Below, in pieces: positions 49,623-62,800 of a stretch of DNA of 64,000 bases. The notes beneath the pieces were generated by a model, which did not search any database, was not told where the DNA came from, and worked only from the letters and a program-made list of their open reading frames with translations. The first letter of the stretch is position 1. Every line of letters begins with the position of its first letter. The DNA comes from Paraspadella gotoi (lineage: Eukaryota; Animalia; Chaetognatha). The stretch lies in the NCBI GenBank assembly GCA_051294375.1, contig CM119267.1:11299865-11363864 (forward strand). The letters run 5' to 3'. A program made the position numbers and the translations under genes.

Positions 49623-51317
49623 ATGAACATCACCTCGGAAAACTCCCGTCGACGTCTTTTGGTCTCTACGCAAAATGACGACGACGAAGACGAATACAGT
49701 GTCGTCATCGACGAGGCTACTACCAGGTCGAGCAAAAATAAATAAATTTATCCCTATCATCCGGACTTTTTACCATCAGGGCCGTCAAGTTTTCATTTTC
49801 GACTTTCTACCAGATGTCGCTGGAAAACCACTATCCTGGAGCCACTCACCTTCATGTTCATCTTCGCTTGGGAGGCGTTCGCTGCCATCAAACTGCAATA
49901 CGCTTATCACGCGATAGCGGTCAAGTTGGACCCGAACAAGACGCACCACATCGACGATCGTTCCACGTCGTCTCTCTGTCGGGACAACGTCAGCGACGAC
50001 TTTCAAGACCTCGTTCAGGGATCGACGACCGACTTTTGCCTTCAGCTTCAGATCGCCTACACTATTCCCCTCCTCTTTAGCATTTTTATCCAGACGTCGC
50101 TCAGCGACCTCTACGGACGACGTTTGGCCTTTTTCGTCGCTCTAGTGGGCAATGGAATCTCATTCCTCGTGCTCTTTCTAGTCGTTCGCTTTCGCTGGCC
50201 GCTTGACTGGCTGTTCGCAGGCGAATTGGCATCCGGTTTGGGAGGCAGCGTGAGCGGAGTGTCGGGTGCTTATGTGGCGGACGTCTCGACACCAGAGCGG
50301 CGATCTTTCCGCCTCGGAATTCTATATTCCGGCATATTCCTTTTCGTCGGGGCCGCCTCCCTCGTCGTCAACGAATGGCTAGACGTCGTGGGCGAGATTA
50401 CGCTAGTCATGTTCGTTCCTATCCTCGTCCTGCAGACCGCTTCATTATTTTATCTCATTTTCGTAGAAGAGAGTGTGCCGACGTCATCCGCGGCCAAAAG
50501 AATCGGCGTTTGGGGAAACATTAAAAAATTCACGAGTCTGATCATAGTAGACGCACGCGTGGTCGAAGCGCGTCTTAGAAAACAAAGGCGTCGTAGCTTG
50601 ACGCCTCCGCCGTCGGGCGTCGCTTCCCGGGTGCTAAACGCGCCACTGTTGATTCCTTTTGCCGCATTTCTTTGCTCCGTAGTCTTGACTTCTGGCGTAA
50701 ACATTGTCACGTTGTTTTTGATGAATCATCCTCTTTGTTGGGGCCCAGGTAGTCTCGGCATCCTCAACGTCGCAGGAATCATTTACCAATGCGTCGTCGT
50801 GATTCTCGCTTCCAGATTTTTGGTTCCCCGTTTCGGTGATGCGTCGCTGGTGGCGCTATCCATGGTTTCCGGGGCCGTTTCCTACATAATGTTGGCTTTT
50901 TCCACTGATTCCTGGATGATCGTGATTTGGACTACTTTATCGGGGTTCAAATTGGTTTCCATGCCAATTCTCAAATCTATGATGACGAAAGTAACGCCGG
51001 AAGAGGCCTACGGTTCTCTCTTCGCCTGTCTTGGAGTTGTGGAAATGGCCACCATCCTGGGCTTCAGTCTGCTGTTCTCAAAAGTTTATGAGCTTACCAT
51101 ATCAATCTTTCCTGGTCTGGTTTTTATACTTTTCAGCTTTGTATACTGCGTTGGTTTGTTGCTCATTTTGATTCTTTGGTACAAGTACAAGGAGGGCGAA
51201 ATTTCAGATACTGAAGTGACTGGAATCCGTAACGGAATCTCTGGAAGCTCCGATCATTCATCAACCATAGATGGTCAAACGTACAAAATCGTAGATGCAT
51301 CTGTGGCAGATTCGTAG
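49623..51317 (+). CDS. SLC46-like (PCFT/SLC46A3 family) MFS transporter, paralog 1; exons 49623-49726 and 49814-51317
   Basis: TILEPL, SLSDLYGRR, AYVADVSTPERRSFRLG, FVEESV, LFLMNHPLCWGP, PILKSMMTK; about 12 hydrophobic segments. Confidence 0.92.
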
Positions 51318-53550
51318 TCCTGGATCAGCTAATGAAATAACTGTTTACTGTTTCGCTTCGCCGCACGAATCGATTTGTTTTTATTGCTTTGTAAAGTTAA
51401 GATTATTTCCAACTTAACTGCTGGCATTGTAACTATTGGATACTGGATAGTCCGAATGACCAACGCGTAGAATCTAATTAGTTATTTGGAAGATGAGCTG
51501 ATAAGGACTGGCTGAAACTATAAAAACTATTAAAAACTCCAAGAGATCGTATTTCGTGATCTAAGCCAGTGTATGGGACAAGTTTGATCATAGAGTGAAA
51601 CTTTTTATAGGGCATGGAACTAATGACTCATTACGAGTTAGCCAAAGGGCGTATAAAATCAAATTAATATCATGGAATATTTTTTTATTTACTCATATTT
51701 ATTTTTTGTTCCTGATTAATTTTAATGCTAATTGCTTTTAAAAATATAATAATAATATTGCAAGAATTTGTCTTCGTCTTCAGTGATACATTTACGAGTC
51801 ATTTTTATATTTTGTTTGTTATAGTTTTATTGTCTATTCGTTTATATAATTTTGATGACAATAATTGTGTGCAATATTCAGTTTTCTAGTTTAGTAGTTT
51901 TTAGAGTTTAGTTTTGTACGTATCTGCATTTATTGTACGACGTCACAAATTTTTACAACCATTTAAATACTTGTGTATGCGCGAATATTTGCAATTTCTA
52001 CAATTTTATTGTGATGTCTTATTTTTTGTTGGTTATTGGTTTAATGGTTGACAGTAAAGTTATTTCCTCATTAAGTTCATTTGATTTTGTTCGGTTAATC
52101 AGTTACTAATCGACAGTATAATGCTGAGGTAGCTGAATAGATTTTGACAGTTTTCAAGAATCTGAGAGCCGTGTTGATAAACATAACGCAAAGTGTCTGA
52201 ACAAAACGTGAGGCAAAGAGCGGCTAGTATTAATTATCGAGTCATTAATACAAGGCTTCTAGATAATAAACGAGAAGTGAGCGTCACTGAAACGGATGGT
52301 TGAATACATGGTCTTAAAAAGAAAAGAATAAAATAATGTTGGATCAATTCAACACTTTGTAAATGTGAAGAAAATTCCGTAATTGTAATCCGTAAAAAGT
52401 GCAAAATCCGTTAGATCAAAGGAATATTCTAAAGCTGATTAAAAGGAGTCAATGAACTGGTGCTGTAGAATTGACCTTGATCGAGATTGACCTTTTAACA
52501 CTTGATTTTATTGACCAAGACAATAAGCTCACTACGTTGTCAGAAAAGTTGAAGCGAAAAAGTGGGATTGGGAGAGGTAGAAAGAGTGAGTGAAACGACT
52601 CATTTTTTTAATTTCAGAACAAATTTTCTTTTTTTTTTTTTAATAAACCGGATTTGTCCTTTGAAGCATTCGTCTCCAGTCCATATTTTTATTTTTCGGA
52701 TTAGAATACGCGAGTACTCACGGCGCAACTAAAAATCAAATATGCACTTTCGATTTTTCTCTTGTAGTAAAACTCTTCGACTTAAAGCGATGTTTTAATC
52801 TCAAAACCAATTACGCCGTCAATTAATGGTAAGTTTTTTTATAAAATGGATTGATACGGACGATAATGCAATTATATAAAGGCTAAGGTCGAATCAATAT
52901 TTTTTTTAGTTTTGTCTACTGTATATTAGAGTGGAGCACTCAAGAACAAAAAAAATTATTTGAATGATCGAACAAAGATATTTAGATGTGAGATAGTATG
53001 ATTAACTAGTACAAAAAATATTTTGTTCATATTGTCTCGGGAATAGAACAGTAAAATATAATATATTTGTAGTAATATCCTTATAAAATAGTAAATTTTA
53101 AAAATAATTTTTTTAAAACTTTTAATAAAAAATATAAAATGTTATCAAAAATTATGTCATCTTCAACATTTAAAACTGGGGGAAAAAAAGTGAAAATTCA
53201 TAACTTTTTTATTCTCTGTAGTAGAAACTTATATATGTTAAAATGTTTTAGTCATTTTTTAAAATAAGGATATTACTACATAAATAATTGAATTTACTAT
53301 ACTGTTATGCTAAAAAAATTTTTAAAAGGATTTAAAATTCAATAATTACATGTCCATAGGCAGCAAAAAAATAATGTTCAATCACTCAATCTTTTCATCA
53401 CTAAAAAACGTTAATAAATCTTCATCGACCCTGTTGACCTATGAAAAATTTTTTTCATCCTTAATTTTCTGGTATTTATCATCTTTGACAAGTTAACTGG
53501 AGTTGGTTTTTTTTTTTGTTCTCAAGACATATACCACCAGATTGAGTTCT

Positions 53551-54989
53551 ATGCCCATGACGATGGAAAAAGAAATGGACAATCGGCCCGCTGACGTCGC
53601 CGCAGCGCAGCTTTTCATGACAGCGCCTCTGACGCCGGGCGCCGGCCCAGTTACCCAAGAGCAGTTGCTCGACGCCAAACGACGCCTCGAGAATTTAGTC
53701 GAGAAAAAGGGACTGAAGCGTCCCGTTAGAAGCTTCATGGACGACCCAGATATCGTTTGGAGGTAAATATAAGCTTTTAAGGATGTTATCTTCAGTGGTG
53801 ACCCATCAGTTCATGACCATTCGGTACCAGGATCGATCCCCAATGGTTCCTCAAGTGAAAGTGGACGACGATTAGACGAAGCTTAGAGCAAGAATGAGAG
53901 AATAATTGACTTTAGATGGGGGGAAAAAATGATTATTTAGGAATTTCAAATTATTTTCCAAATTTGAAATCAAATAATAAAGTAAAATCTACTCACAGAT
54001 TCGGTCAGAAACCGGATTACACCCTGGCGGATCTGACTTACCTCGAAAGTAAGTCTCGCCACCACGCCGAAGGCTCGCTTGAGATGATCGTGGAGAACCT
54101 CGTCAAAACTTGGGAGTTCGAGAGATCGCACAAGGTCAAACTCTCGCAGCACATGACGCCGCACAAAGAGTTCTCCCTTCGCGTGAGTTTATTTACATGT
54201 TGTGGCGGTATATTCACACCCCCTTACGTCCACCATCGTTCAGCCAAATCCATTGGCTCAGAGGGGGAACACACTATCATTTGCATTCCTTTATTTCCTT
54301 GCCGGCAAAATTGTTGGCATTATCTACACTGCTATTTTTTTTTATCGCCAATTTTGACATGATAGCATCCATCATTGTAACCAGACCCATTGTGGTTCTA
54401 ATTTCTCTTCGATTTCTCCCTCCACCTTTTCCCCACTTCCCCCTTATTCTTCCTCTTCAGTCCAATAACGGGCGCCGGTTTAGTAACGAAGCATGTCACG
54501 CCGTCGGAAACTACAACGCCCTCCTCGACGATACCGACCCGAACCTTTACGATGCTGCCAATGCCACTTGGGATTCCAGTCACGACGCTTTTCACGGGGC
54601 ATTCCCTGCTTTTGCGTGGGAGGTGAGTGAGAAAGTTGCGTAGTTTTGTCTCTCCTTGTTCTGTATTCAGTTTGTTTCCTTTACGTCTTCTTAGTTTTCA
54701 AATTTTTCTTTTCTAAGTTAATTAGTTAATCATATGTTTTTACTTTCTCATCCCAATTCCATCCCACTTCAAGGTCCTTGACGTATACAACGGACCCCCG
54801 AACGTTGCGTTCTCCTGGCGCCACTGGGGCAACTTTACAGGCCGCTACAAAGATAACGAGGGCGACGGCCGCTTGGTAGAGCTTTTTGGCTTCATGGTCG
54901 CACAAGTTTCGGACGACCTCAAGCTGATGAAATGTACTGCCTTTAGCGATGTTGAAAGTTTTCTAAAGGCTTTGGCAGGCTTTGAATGA
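53551..54989 (+). CDS. Plant-type 'pathogen-related protein' homolog (SnoaL/NTF2-like); exons 53551-53762, 53999-54182, 54461-54622, 54774-54989
   Basis: WR|FGQKPDY, GSLEMIVENLVKTWEFERSHK, GNYNALL, SSHDAFHGAFPAFAWE|VLDVYNGPPNVAFSWRHWGNFTG; splice phases are consistent. Confidence 0.92.
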
Positions 54990-55561
54990 TTTTTAATAGA
55001 TCAATTAATTTGATTCAAAAGCACGCATGAAAAAATTTTTCTGAATCTTAGTGAGTTTTATATAATTGTTAACCGCTATTTTTTCAATACAATTACAAGC
55101 ATGCAAACATTGTCGTAATTTCATTTACAAACTAAAATAAAGACCGTCTTATGGTTTCAATCGTTGATCAAAACATTTTAATTCAGCATATTATGGCAAC
55201 GAATTCCGTTTCTCTCGAGACCGTGTTTTGATGTCGGTAGGAGGGCAAGGATAATGAGGACGCGAGAAAGACAAAGGGTTAAGATGGTTGACGCCCGAAG
55301 TCGGGTTTTCCTAATAAACCGGTTTTTTGAAGGGCTAAATCAGGCCTTCCGATTCTTTGCAATTGATAAAACTTCCCGCCAATCGTTACGTAACCTAGTA
55401 ATTTCATGAGAAAAAAAAATCGAAAAAACCAACTGGCTGTAAAATTGTAGCGAAATGCATCATGATCTTCGCATAACCGTTAATTGTCAACCTACAAACT
55501 GACAAAATAACAGCTAATAGCCTCAACTAGAAATCTAATCCGAGGGTTAAAAAATAAAAAC

Positions 55562-57229
55562 ATGGCGCCATCTCACGAACGCGATGGTAAAAACGAGCGA
55601 CAACCTTTGCTGGAATCGGAAACCGGAGTAACTTACAACCTGATTGAAAAAGAAAGCGTTGTCATGGTGACCGCAAACAGGTTCGTCCGTTGACGGTGGC
55701 ACTCTTTATTTGTTTTGCAATTCTTTCTTTCTTTCATTTTATTTCTATCTTTCTCCTCTGTAACCAGATGCCTCCCCAAGACGACCATCATCGAGCCACT
55801 CATCTTACTTTACGTTCTCTCTTGGACTTGCTACATGGACGCCAAGCATCAGTTCGTCTACCACGCTACGGCGCACGCCCTCGACCCCAACAACACCTCC
55901 TTGCGCCCACGCGGCGTCGAATCCCTCTGTAACGCCTCCAACGTCTCCGGCTCCTTCCAGAACGGCGTCCAAAGCTCCGCTACCTACTTCGCTCTCACTC
56001 TCAAGCTCGTCGGCGCCGTCCCCAATTTAGTCGCCGTTTTCGTCCAGACTTCCCTCAGCGACTCGTTTGGACGTCGCGCGGCGCTGCTCGTCTCCCTATC
56101 GGGCAGCGGCGCCGCGATGCTCCTCTTCTTCATTGTCGTGCGCTTTCAACTACCGTTGACCTTTCTATACGCGGGCGAGGCCCTGCACGGCCTGTCGGGC
56201 AACGCCTTCGCCGTGGCGTCGGCTTACATGGCGGACGTGACGTCGTCGAGTCGACGAACTATGCGACTGACGACGCTGGAGATGGGAAGATTCCTCTCTA
56301 TAGGCGTCGCCTCCTTCGCCATCCACGAATGGCTCGCCGATGCCGGGGAGATCGATTCATCGATGCTCGCTTTCATCCTGAGTCTCCTCTCCTTGGCGCT
56401 CGTCTACGTCTTCTGCCTCGAAGAAAGCGTCCCGTCGACATCCTCGTCCAAGCGCTTGGGACTCTGCGCAAATCTCTCCAAGTGCGTCAGACTTTTGAGA
56501 ATCGATCGCGACTCTCTCGAAGCGCAACGAAAGAAGACGCGGCGTCTTTTCGAGACCGAAATCGTGACGAAGGATTGGGGAGGTTCCTTCGGCGCCGTCG
56601 ACGTCCCTAACGTTCCCTTTCTCCTCGCGTTCGGCGCCTTCGTCTGCTCCGTGATTCGGTCGTCGAGTCTAGAAACTCTCTACCTCATGAATCGACCCTT
56701 TTGTTGGACGCCGCGCCAACTCGGCGTCTATTCTCTCGTCGCTCTTCTCGTCTACGTCGCGACATCTATAGGCGCCGCTAGGTTTCTTTCCCCGCGGTTC
56801 GGCGATGCGGGGCTTGCTGCGCTGTCGCTGCTCTCGGCCGCGTCAGCTTACGCGGCGTTGGCGCTCGCTCGAGCCAGCTGGATGATCTGGACTCACGTTG
56901 CTCTCGCGTCGTTCAAACTGGTAGCCCGACCAACGCTGCGCTCCATGATGTCCAAGGCGACGCCGGCCGACGCTTACGGGTCTCTCTACGCCTGCGTTGG
57001 CGTGGCCGAATTGGGCGCGGACCTGATCGGCGCTTCGCTTTTCTCCGTCGTCTACGCGGAGACGATCGCTGTTTTCCCGGTTTCGTTTTCGTCGTTCTCG
57101 GCCTGGTTTCCTTCGTCGGCTGCGGACTCATCATCTATTTGCGGTGCCGATTTGATGTCGGCACTGGGGCGGCGTTCGATCAGAGGCGCGGCTCCCAACA
57201 CAAAATACGGCGCCGAGAAAATGGCATGA
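55562..57229 (+). CDS. SLC46-like MFS transporter, paralog 2; exons 55562-55680 and 55768-~57229; probable 1-nt indel near 57078
   Basis: TIIEPL, SLSDSFGRR, AYMADVT, LYLMNRPFCWTP, PTLRSMMSK; same phase-2 intron as paralog 1; the last TM (FPGFVFVVLGL) is in a shifted frame. Confidence 0.92.
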
Positions 57230-57501
57230 TCCGTAGACGAACTGCGACTTTAGATGACTATTGATCTAAATTCAAATGTTCTTAATTCTATTAAACTATG
57301 TTTTTGACATTAAAGCTCGAGCCGAACGCACATTTTTTCCCCCAATTAAAATAATTTATTTAAAAATAAAACAAATTGACTCTCTCACTGTTAGATTTTT
57401 TACTTTAAATCTCGGCTTCCGGCTCATTTTCGTTAATTTTCTACATCGCCTTTTCTTCATTCCTCAATTGTCATTCCAGCCTCCCTTTTGTTTTTTTTTC
57501 C

Positions 57502-57862
57502 TCAGTCTTGCGCCGGCTCTTCTTTCTCTTCTCCCCCTTCTCCTTCCCCCTCTCCCCCGGCGGGCTCCACCAGCGACGGCCCCAGCAGCAGCCGACGCTG
57601 CCGCATCAGCTCCTCCGCTTCCTCCATGAGTTCTTGACGCTTTTTAAAGTTGTTCTGCCATCTTGTGAGCGCTCGAGCGATGAAGGAGATGGGATCGAAG
57701 GGGCGTGTCTGGCGGGAAAGGGTCAGCATTTGAGAGTCGTCGACGCTCGTTAGTGCGAGGTCGTTTTGTTCTCAAATGAATTCCAAAACTCACCTCCACC
57801 ACTTCCGCCAGAGCTTCGACCAAAGGAGCCCCCACGGTCGACTTCAAATATTCAGACTCCAT
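57502..57862 (-). CDS. DPY30-domain-containing protein (DYDC-like); exons 57862-57794 and 57708-57502; the C-terminus may extend to ~57405 if frameshifted
   Basis: MESEYLKSTVGAPLVEALAEVVE|TRPFDPISFIARAL Dpy-30 motif, then a coiled coil and an acidic tail. Confidence 0.88.
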
Positions 57863-58549
57863 TCTGTCGTGTTACGATTTTTTTTTGGGCGAAAATTGAG
57901 TTCTGTTAAATTGTTTAAATTGCGTAAAGAGCGTAAGTACACGGATATTACTTAAAAAAAAAAAACAACAACAAGCTGCGTAAAAATATTGCTAATAATT
58001 ATAATAATCATAATAGATAATAATTAATAATAATAATAGTAGTAATAATCATAATAATAATAATAAAACCAAAATTAAAATTCAAAAATATCTTTTGTTT
58101 CTTAAAAAATACAAAGAAGTGCATCTCGCCCTCTTATAGACGCGGGAAATAACAGAAACAAAATGAATTATTATTTAAGAACGACAGATTGAACAGAACA
58201 GATTGTCAGAAATATGTCAGTATATGACGCCAAAAAAAATAAACCTACATTCATTACGTCACTCGGAACGATATGAAAGGCGGTCGCCTTGATCGAATCC
58301 GCGATCGGATCTTTTCCTTAGCGCAGCTCGAATCCCGAATCAAATTTTAGATAAATAATACTCTTTAATAGTTTTGTAATGTTTTTACAAGTATTGCAGT
58401 TAACATGCTTAAAAATTAATGGCAATGGCACCCCTCTTTTCTTTGCCTTTTTTTATTTATTTATAGTTTTTAAACAAAGTTTTTTAATATTTATTTTGTC
58501 TTTATTTTTCCTCATTTTGCTTTCACTTTTAGGAATAAGAAAATAGAAA

Positions 58550-58655
58550 AAGCCCACAATACGCGGGTTTTCTAGGCGGTTACCCATCCAAGTTCAACGT
58601 TGCTTAACTTCGGTGAGCAGAGAACTGGTGGATTCAACGTCGTATGGTCATAGGC
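58550..58655 (-). pseudogene. 5S rRNA pseudogene (near full length, internal deletions)
   Basis: The minus strand reads GCCTATGACCATACGACGTTGAA..CCGAAGTTAAGCAACG..ACTTGGATGGGTAACCGCCTAGAAAACC..GTGGGCTTTTT. Confidence 0.88.
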
Positions 58656-59515
58656 ATTGATAAAAGGATATCAGGTCGCCATTATCTAATAGAGAGCTGT
58701 TTTAAAGTTATTTTTCAAAGCAATTAAACTTTTTTAGATTTACATGTTGTTTTATTGAATTAGTGATTTATCTTTTTTACTAATGGTCATCTATATACTA
58801 AAACACACAAAAGTCAGAGCATTCCAAACTTTTGTTTGAGAACTTAAAGACGAGGCTTTTGTGGCTTTTCATTTGCATAGAAAACAGAAAATGCTGATAA
58901 TCAGAAGCAGAATAACTTTTGGGACTAGATTTTTTTAAAATCTAAAATCTTAAATATTAGTTATAATTGTTTGTAAAAAACTTTAGTTCATTATTTAATA
59001 GTTATAATTCAGAATTTCAAAACTCAGGGACTTTATTCGTCAGTGAAAAGGCTCAAAACTCAATTTGCTTGATGAAAGTTGGCTAACTGAAAACTTTTTT
59101 AAAACAGTATGACAAAAAAAAATTTGTGCAGGAAACATCGAAGCTTATAATTGAGTAGTTTCAATTTGTTTAAAGTATGTATCTTCCTTATTCATAGGAA
59201 ACTCTCTTAAAGAGAGGTGCTTCAGAGCCTTGTGCCTGAAGGGAAATTAATAAAACTTATTCATTTGAAATCATGTCATACATAATATTTTATTATGTTA
59301 TTATTCCACATGATCGTTATTTAGGTTGGGAAAGAAACTGCATTATATTTGGCGGTTCCTTTGTAAAGGTTTCCTCGCCGAGCCCCTTTCAAAGACAATT
59401 CATAAAAATATGTCTGAAATATTATTAAAAACACCATGTAATCTCAAGATACTCAATTTTTACCTTCTTTTCCCTCATATTTTGCTATCGCTTTTAGTAA
59501 TAAGAAAATAGGAAA

Positions 59516-59562
59516 AAGCCAACAACACCCGGGATTCCCAGGTGGTCACTCATCCAAGTACT
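59516..59562 (-). pseudogene. 5S rRNA 3'-half fragment
   Basis: The minus strand reads AGTACTTGGATGAGTGACCACCTGGGAATCCCGGGTGTTGTTGGCTTTTT. Confidence 0.88.
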
Positions 59563-59863
59563 CAATAAATTTAAATAAGGATTAAGGATGCTACTCAGCA
59601 GCATGTAATTTTAAAAGAACTGCTAAATATACAGACGGACGACGAAAGGTACGGTTATTTTTTGGCCTTAATCATCTATTGGAGAAAAATAATACTTTAA
59701 AAAATAAGAGAAAAAGTAAAAGAGAGACAGAGAGAGAGAGGAAGAGAGACAGAATAAAGGAGAAAGAGACAGACAAATGTTTACTCATGCGTGAAATTAA
59801 GGAAAATTGATGTTTTTGAAAAGAACTGAGAATCGTTCTAGATTCGTATTGGCGGTGTGACGA

Positions 59864-59894
<31 letters not shown>

Positions 59895-62800
59895 GAGAGG
59901 GAGGAGAGAAAGAAGTTGAAGCGAGAAAACGAATGGTTTGACGTCAATCCTGACGTTGAACGAATTCTCCCTCTCAATTAAGATAAAAAGACTTCTCAAA
60001 ATGTTCCCTCTCGTTCTTCGTAACTAAACTGTCATTTTAAAATCGCCTCATGGAACTTATCGAAAAAACGACATACGTGTTACAACGTTAATGAAGAGCG
60101 TATCAAACTCCAGTAAAGCGATTCAAAAAAGACGAGAAACAAAAGAATATATTTTTAAAAGAAAGTAAGCTAGTCAGTAGTCACTTAGGAAAGTAAAAAA
60201 GTGTGCGATCTCTCGAACTCCCAAGTTTTGACGAGGTTCTCCACGATTCATCTCAAGCGGTGTCAGGTAAAAATATAGTAATTTCACTTGTAAAAGTTAT
60301 GTACTCCACAGAGGGATTCGGCTCACTTCATCAACCATATATATTATGCAGTTGTTAGATCGTGACTTTTTTTTTTCATCCTTTTGGGTGCGAACCACGT
60401 GAGTCCGCGTTCGATTTCGACGTCGGCGAGATAATTCGGTACGTGACCTTTCGCGACCCGCGTAAGATGAGCCACGTGACCCGAAACGCTATGAGAACGT
60501 TGGCGTCAAACCCGATGCCTACCCGGGCGCCTTTCCGTGCGCCCTTCGTTACACCTTTGCCTTCGCCTGTTGACCTTTCGCGTCAGAAAAAAGCAGGCGA
60601 TCAGGCGTTATTATATTTTTCGAGAGGACCTGAGATTGATTCGTTTTTTTGCGTAAAAATATGCTTTGGTGTTTAAACTTAAATTTTCTCGTCTATATAT
60701 ACGACAATTTAGGGTTTTCCGAACTTAAATAACCCAAATTTTGCAATGAAAAAGTAAGAAATAGAAAACCAAGAGTTTAAAAAAAGGGGGAAAAATCAGA
60801 GAAGGGCGAAATCGCGGAAAAGGGGCGATCGTCCACCCAGAGTCAAGGACGAAAAATGCTATAAAAACAATAAAAACGCTTGGAATGACGCCTGGGCCAG
60901 GAAAAACGGCCAAAAACGGCCAAAACGGCGCGGCGCCGTTTTCTCAGAAGCCAAATGATCCGTGGATCCGAGATTTTTACCCCTTTTTTGACGGAAAAGG
61001 GGGGGGGGCGGAAAGGGGGAGGGAAAATAGGGTTGAAAATAGAGCGGTCTTTCATTCGACCAGGAGTGGTTTTATCGAAGGGCGATGCGTCTCACCTTTC
61101 GGTAGCGCGAGTTTTGATTCAAAACTCGAAGTTAGGGATTCAATCGCGGCGACCAACGATGAATGCGAGTTGAGGAGATGAAGCTGCAGCAGACGCAGCG
61201 GATAAGGCGAGCGGTTCGAACCTCGAAAGAAGCTATTTTGGCGACGGACGGAAAGCTACGGACTCTCGTGAGCAACCGTGAAGGCGTCGACTCAAAATCT
61301 GGAGGTGAAATCCATTTAAACGCCGATCGCGCCGCCAAATGGTTTCCGCCGGAGTCGAAAGTTAGAGAAGCCGACCGTCGCCGGAGGTCAGCGCCGGTCG
61401 CCGGCTGCGGAGGAAGAAAAAGGAAGAAAAAAGTCGCGAATTCGCATTTGAAACAAAATCAACACCTTTTTTGCTCTTTTTCTTTTACCTTTAGAGAAGG
61501 TTGGATAAAGAAGTGAGAGGGAGAGGGAGAGTAAGTGAAGAAGTGAGACAAAATAGAAGAAAGAAAGTATTTAAATAAAGGAAGGTGGAGTTAACGAATA
61601 TAGTAAGGAATGTAAGGCTAGTAACGAAATAAGAATTAAAAAAAAAACGGAGGAGAGAGAGAAAGAATATATAGCGGTATAAATAATATTAAAAACAGCA
61701 ATGATAAAAAAATGAATCAGAAAAAAAAGGCACCTAACAAAGAATAAAAAAAAATAAAAGGCAGGCTAATAAAGAGATTAATAAAAATAATCAAGTAAAC
61801 CGTTTTAAAAACCGCAACGATAAAAAAATTTTTAAACAAAAACAAAATTTTAAAACCAAAAGAAAAACAAAAACGTTTAACAAAGAATAAAAGAAAGATA
61901 TAAAAAGCTTCATGAAAAAAGTCAAACCACGTCGCGATCCGACTTGACCTTCCAAATTCACGGAATCGAACAAGATTCTTCTTCTCCATCGTTGAATTTG
62001 AGACGCTTCGAGCTTCTCGCCGCGAGGCTCATCCTGGTCCCCAGATTTTTCGCCAAACCCTTCATTTTAGGATGGTCTTTACACAGTGCTACTGTTTAAC
62101 TCTTCTTATTTTAATTCTTTCCTTGTCCACATAATACCCAACGAGCCATATTGCGTTGTTAAAACCACGACTTACAGGGTTCCCGCCCATTATCAGATTC
62201 TCATTAATTGCAACTACCTGTCATTTTCAAATTTTAGGATCTGTTATGACAAAAATAATGCTAATTTTATTCACTACCAGAGGAAGCAATGTCGATGTTA
62301 TTCACAACCTAATTTTAGAATCCACAAAACGTTTCAATTTCTTAAGCCATGTCACAATTGTCACACTGCTCAAACAATTCTTTTCATAATCCCTGTGCAT
62401 TGAACACACTGCACTCTCTTCACCCCGCATATTCCAAAACCCTCTCGCCAACCCCGTCCTTACCACTCCAGACGGAGCCGGTCGCGCGCCGGAAACGCCT
62501 CGAGCGTCGACGCGGATTGATATTCGACGCGCGAAGAGGCGGAGGCGAAGAAAAGCCGCTTCACTCCCTTCCCCCTCCTCCGACGCTGAACCCTCCGCGC
62601 AAAAAAAAAAGTGATCCCAATTTCCACCCCCTTCTTTTTTTTTTTTTTTTTTTTTTATTATCGAGCGTTGGGGTTGGAGAGGGGAGGGAGGAAGGGGAAC
62701 TGGCGAGGAGACTGAGGGAAAGAGGAAATAAAAGAAGAAAAATACAGGAGGAGGGGAAAAGGAACAAAAAAGCATTAAAGGTAGGAGAGAGATAGAAAAG

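Noticed and set aside
51485-51800. Hammerhead-like remnants near 51490 (+) and 51780 (-)
   Set aside because: Catalytic core nucleotides are missing
59005-59100. Back-to-back degenerate hammerhead-like motifs (CUGACGA..GAAA on minus; UUGAUGA..GAAA on plus)
   Set aside because: Core substitution or poor stems I and II; compatible with chance in AT-rich DNA
60360-62050. Gene or Polinton/viral element
   Set aside because: GC-rich patches, but no identifiable protein motifs or terminal repeats; noisy sequence
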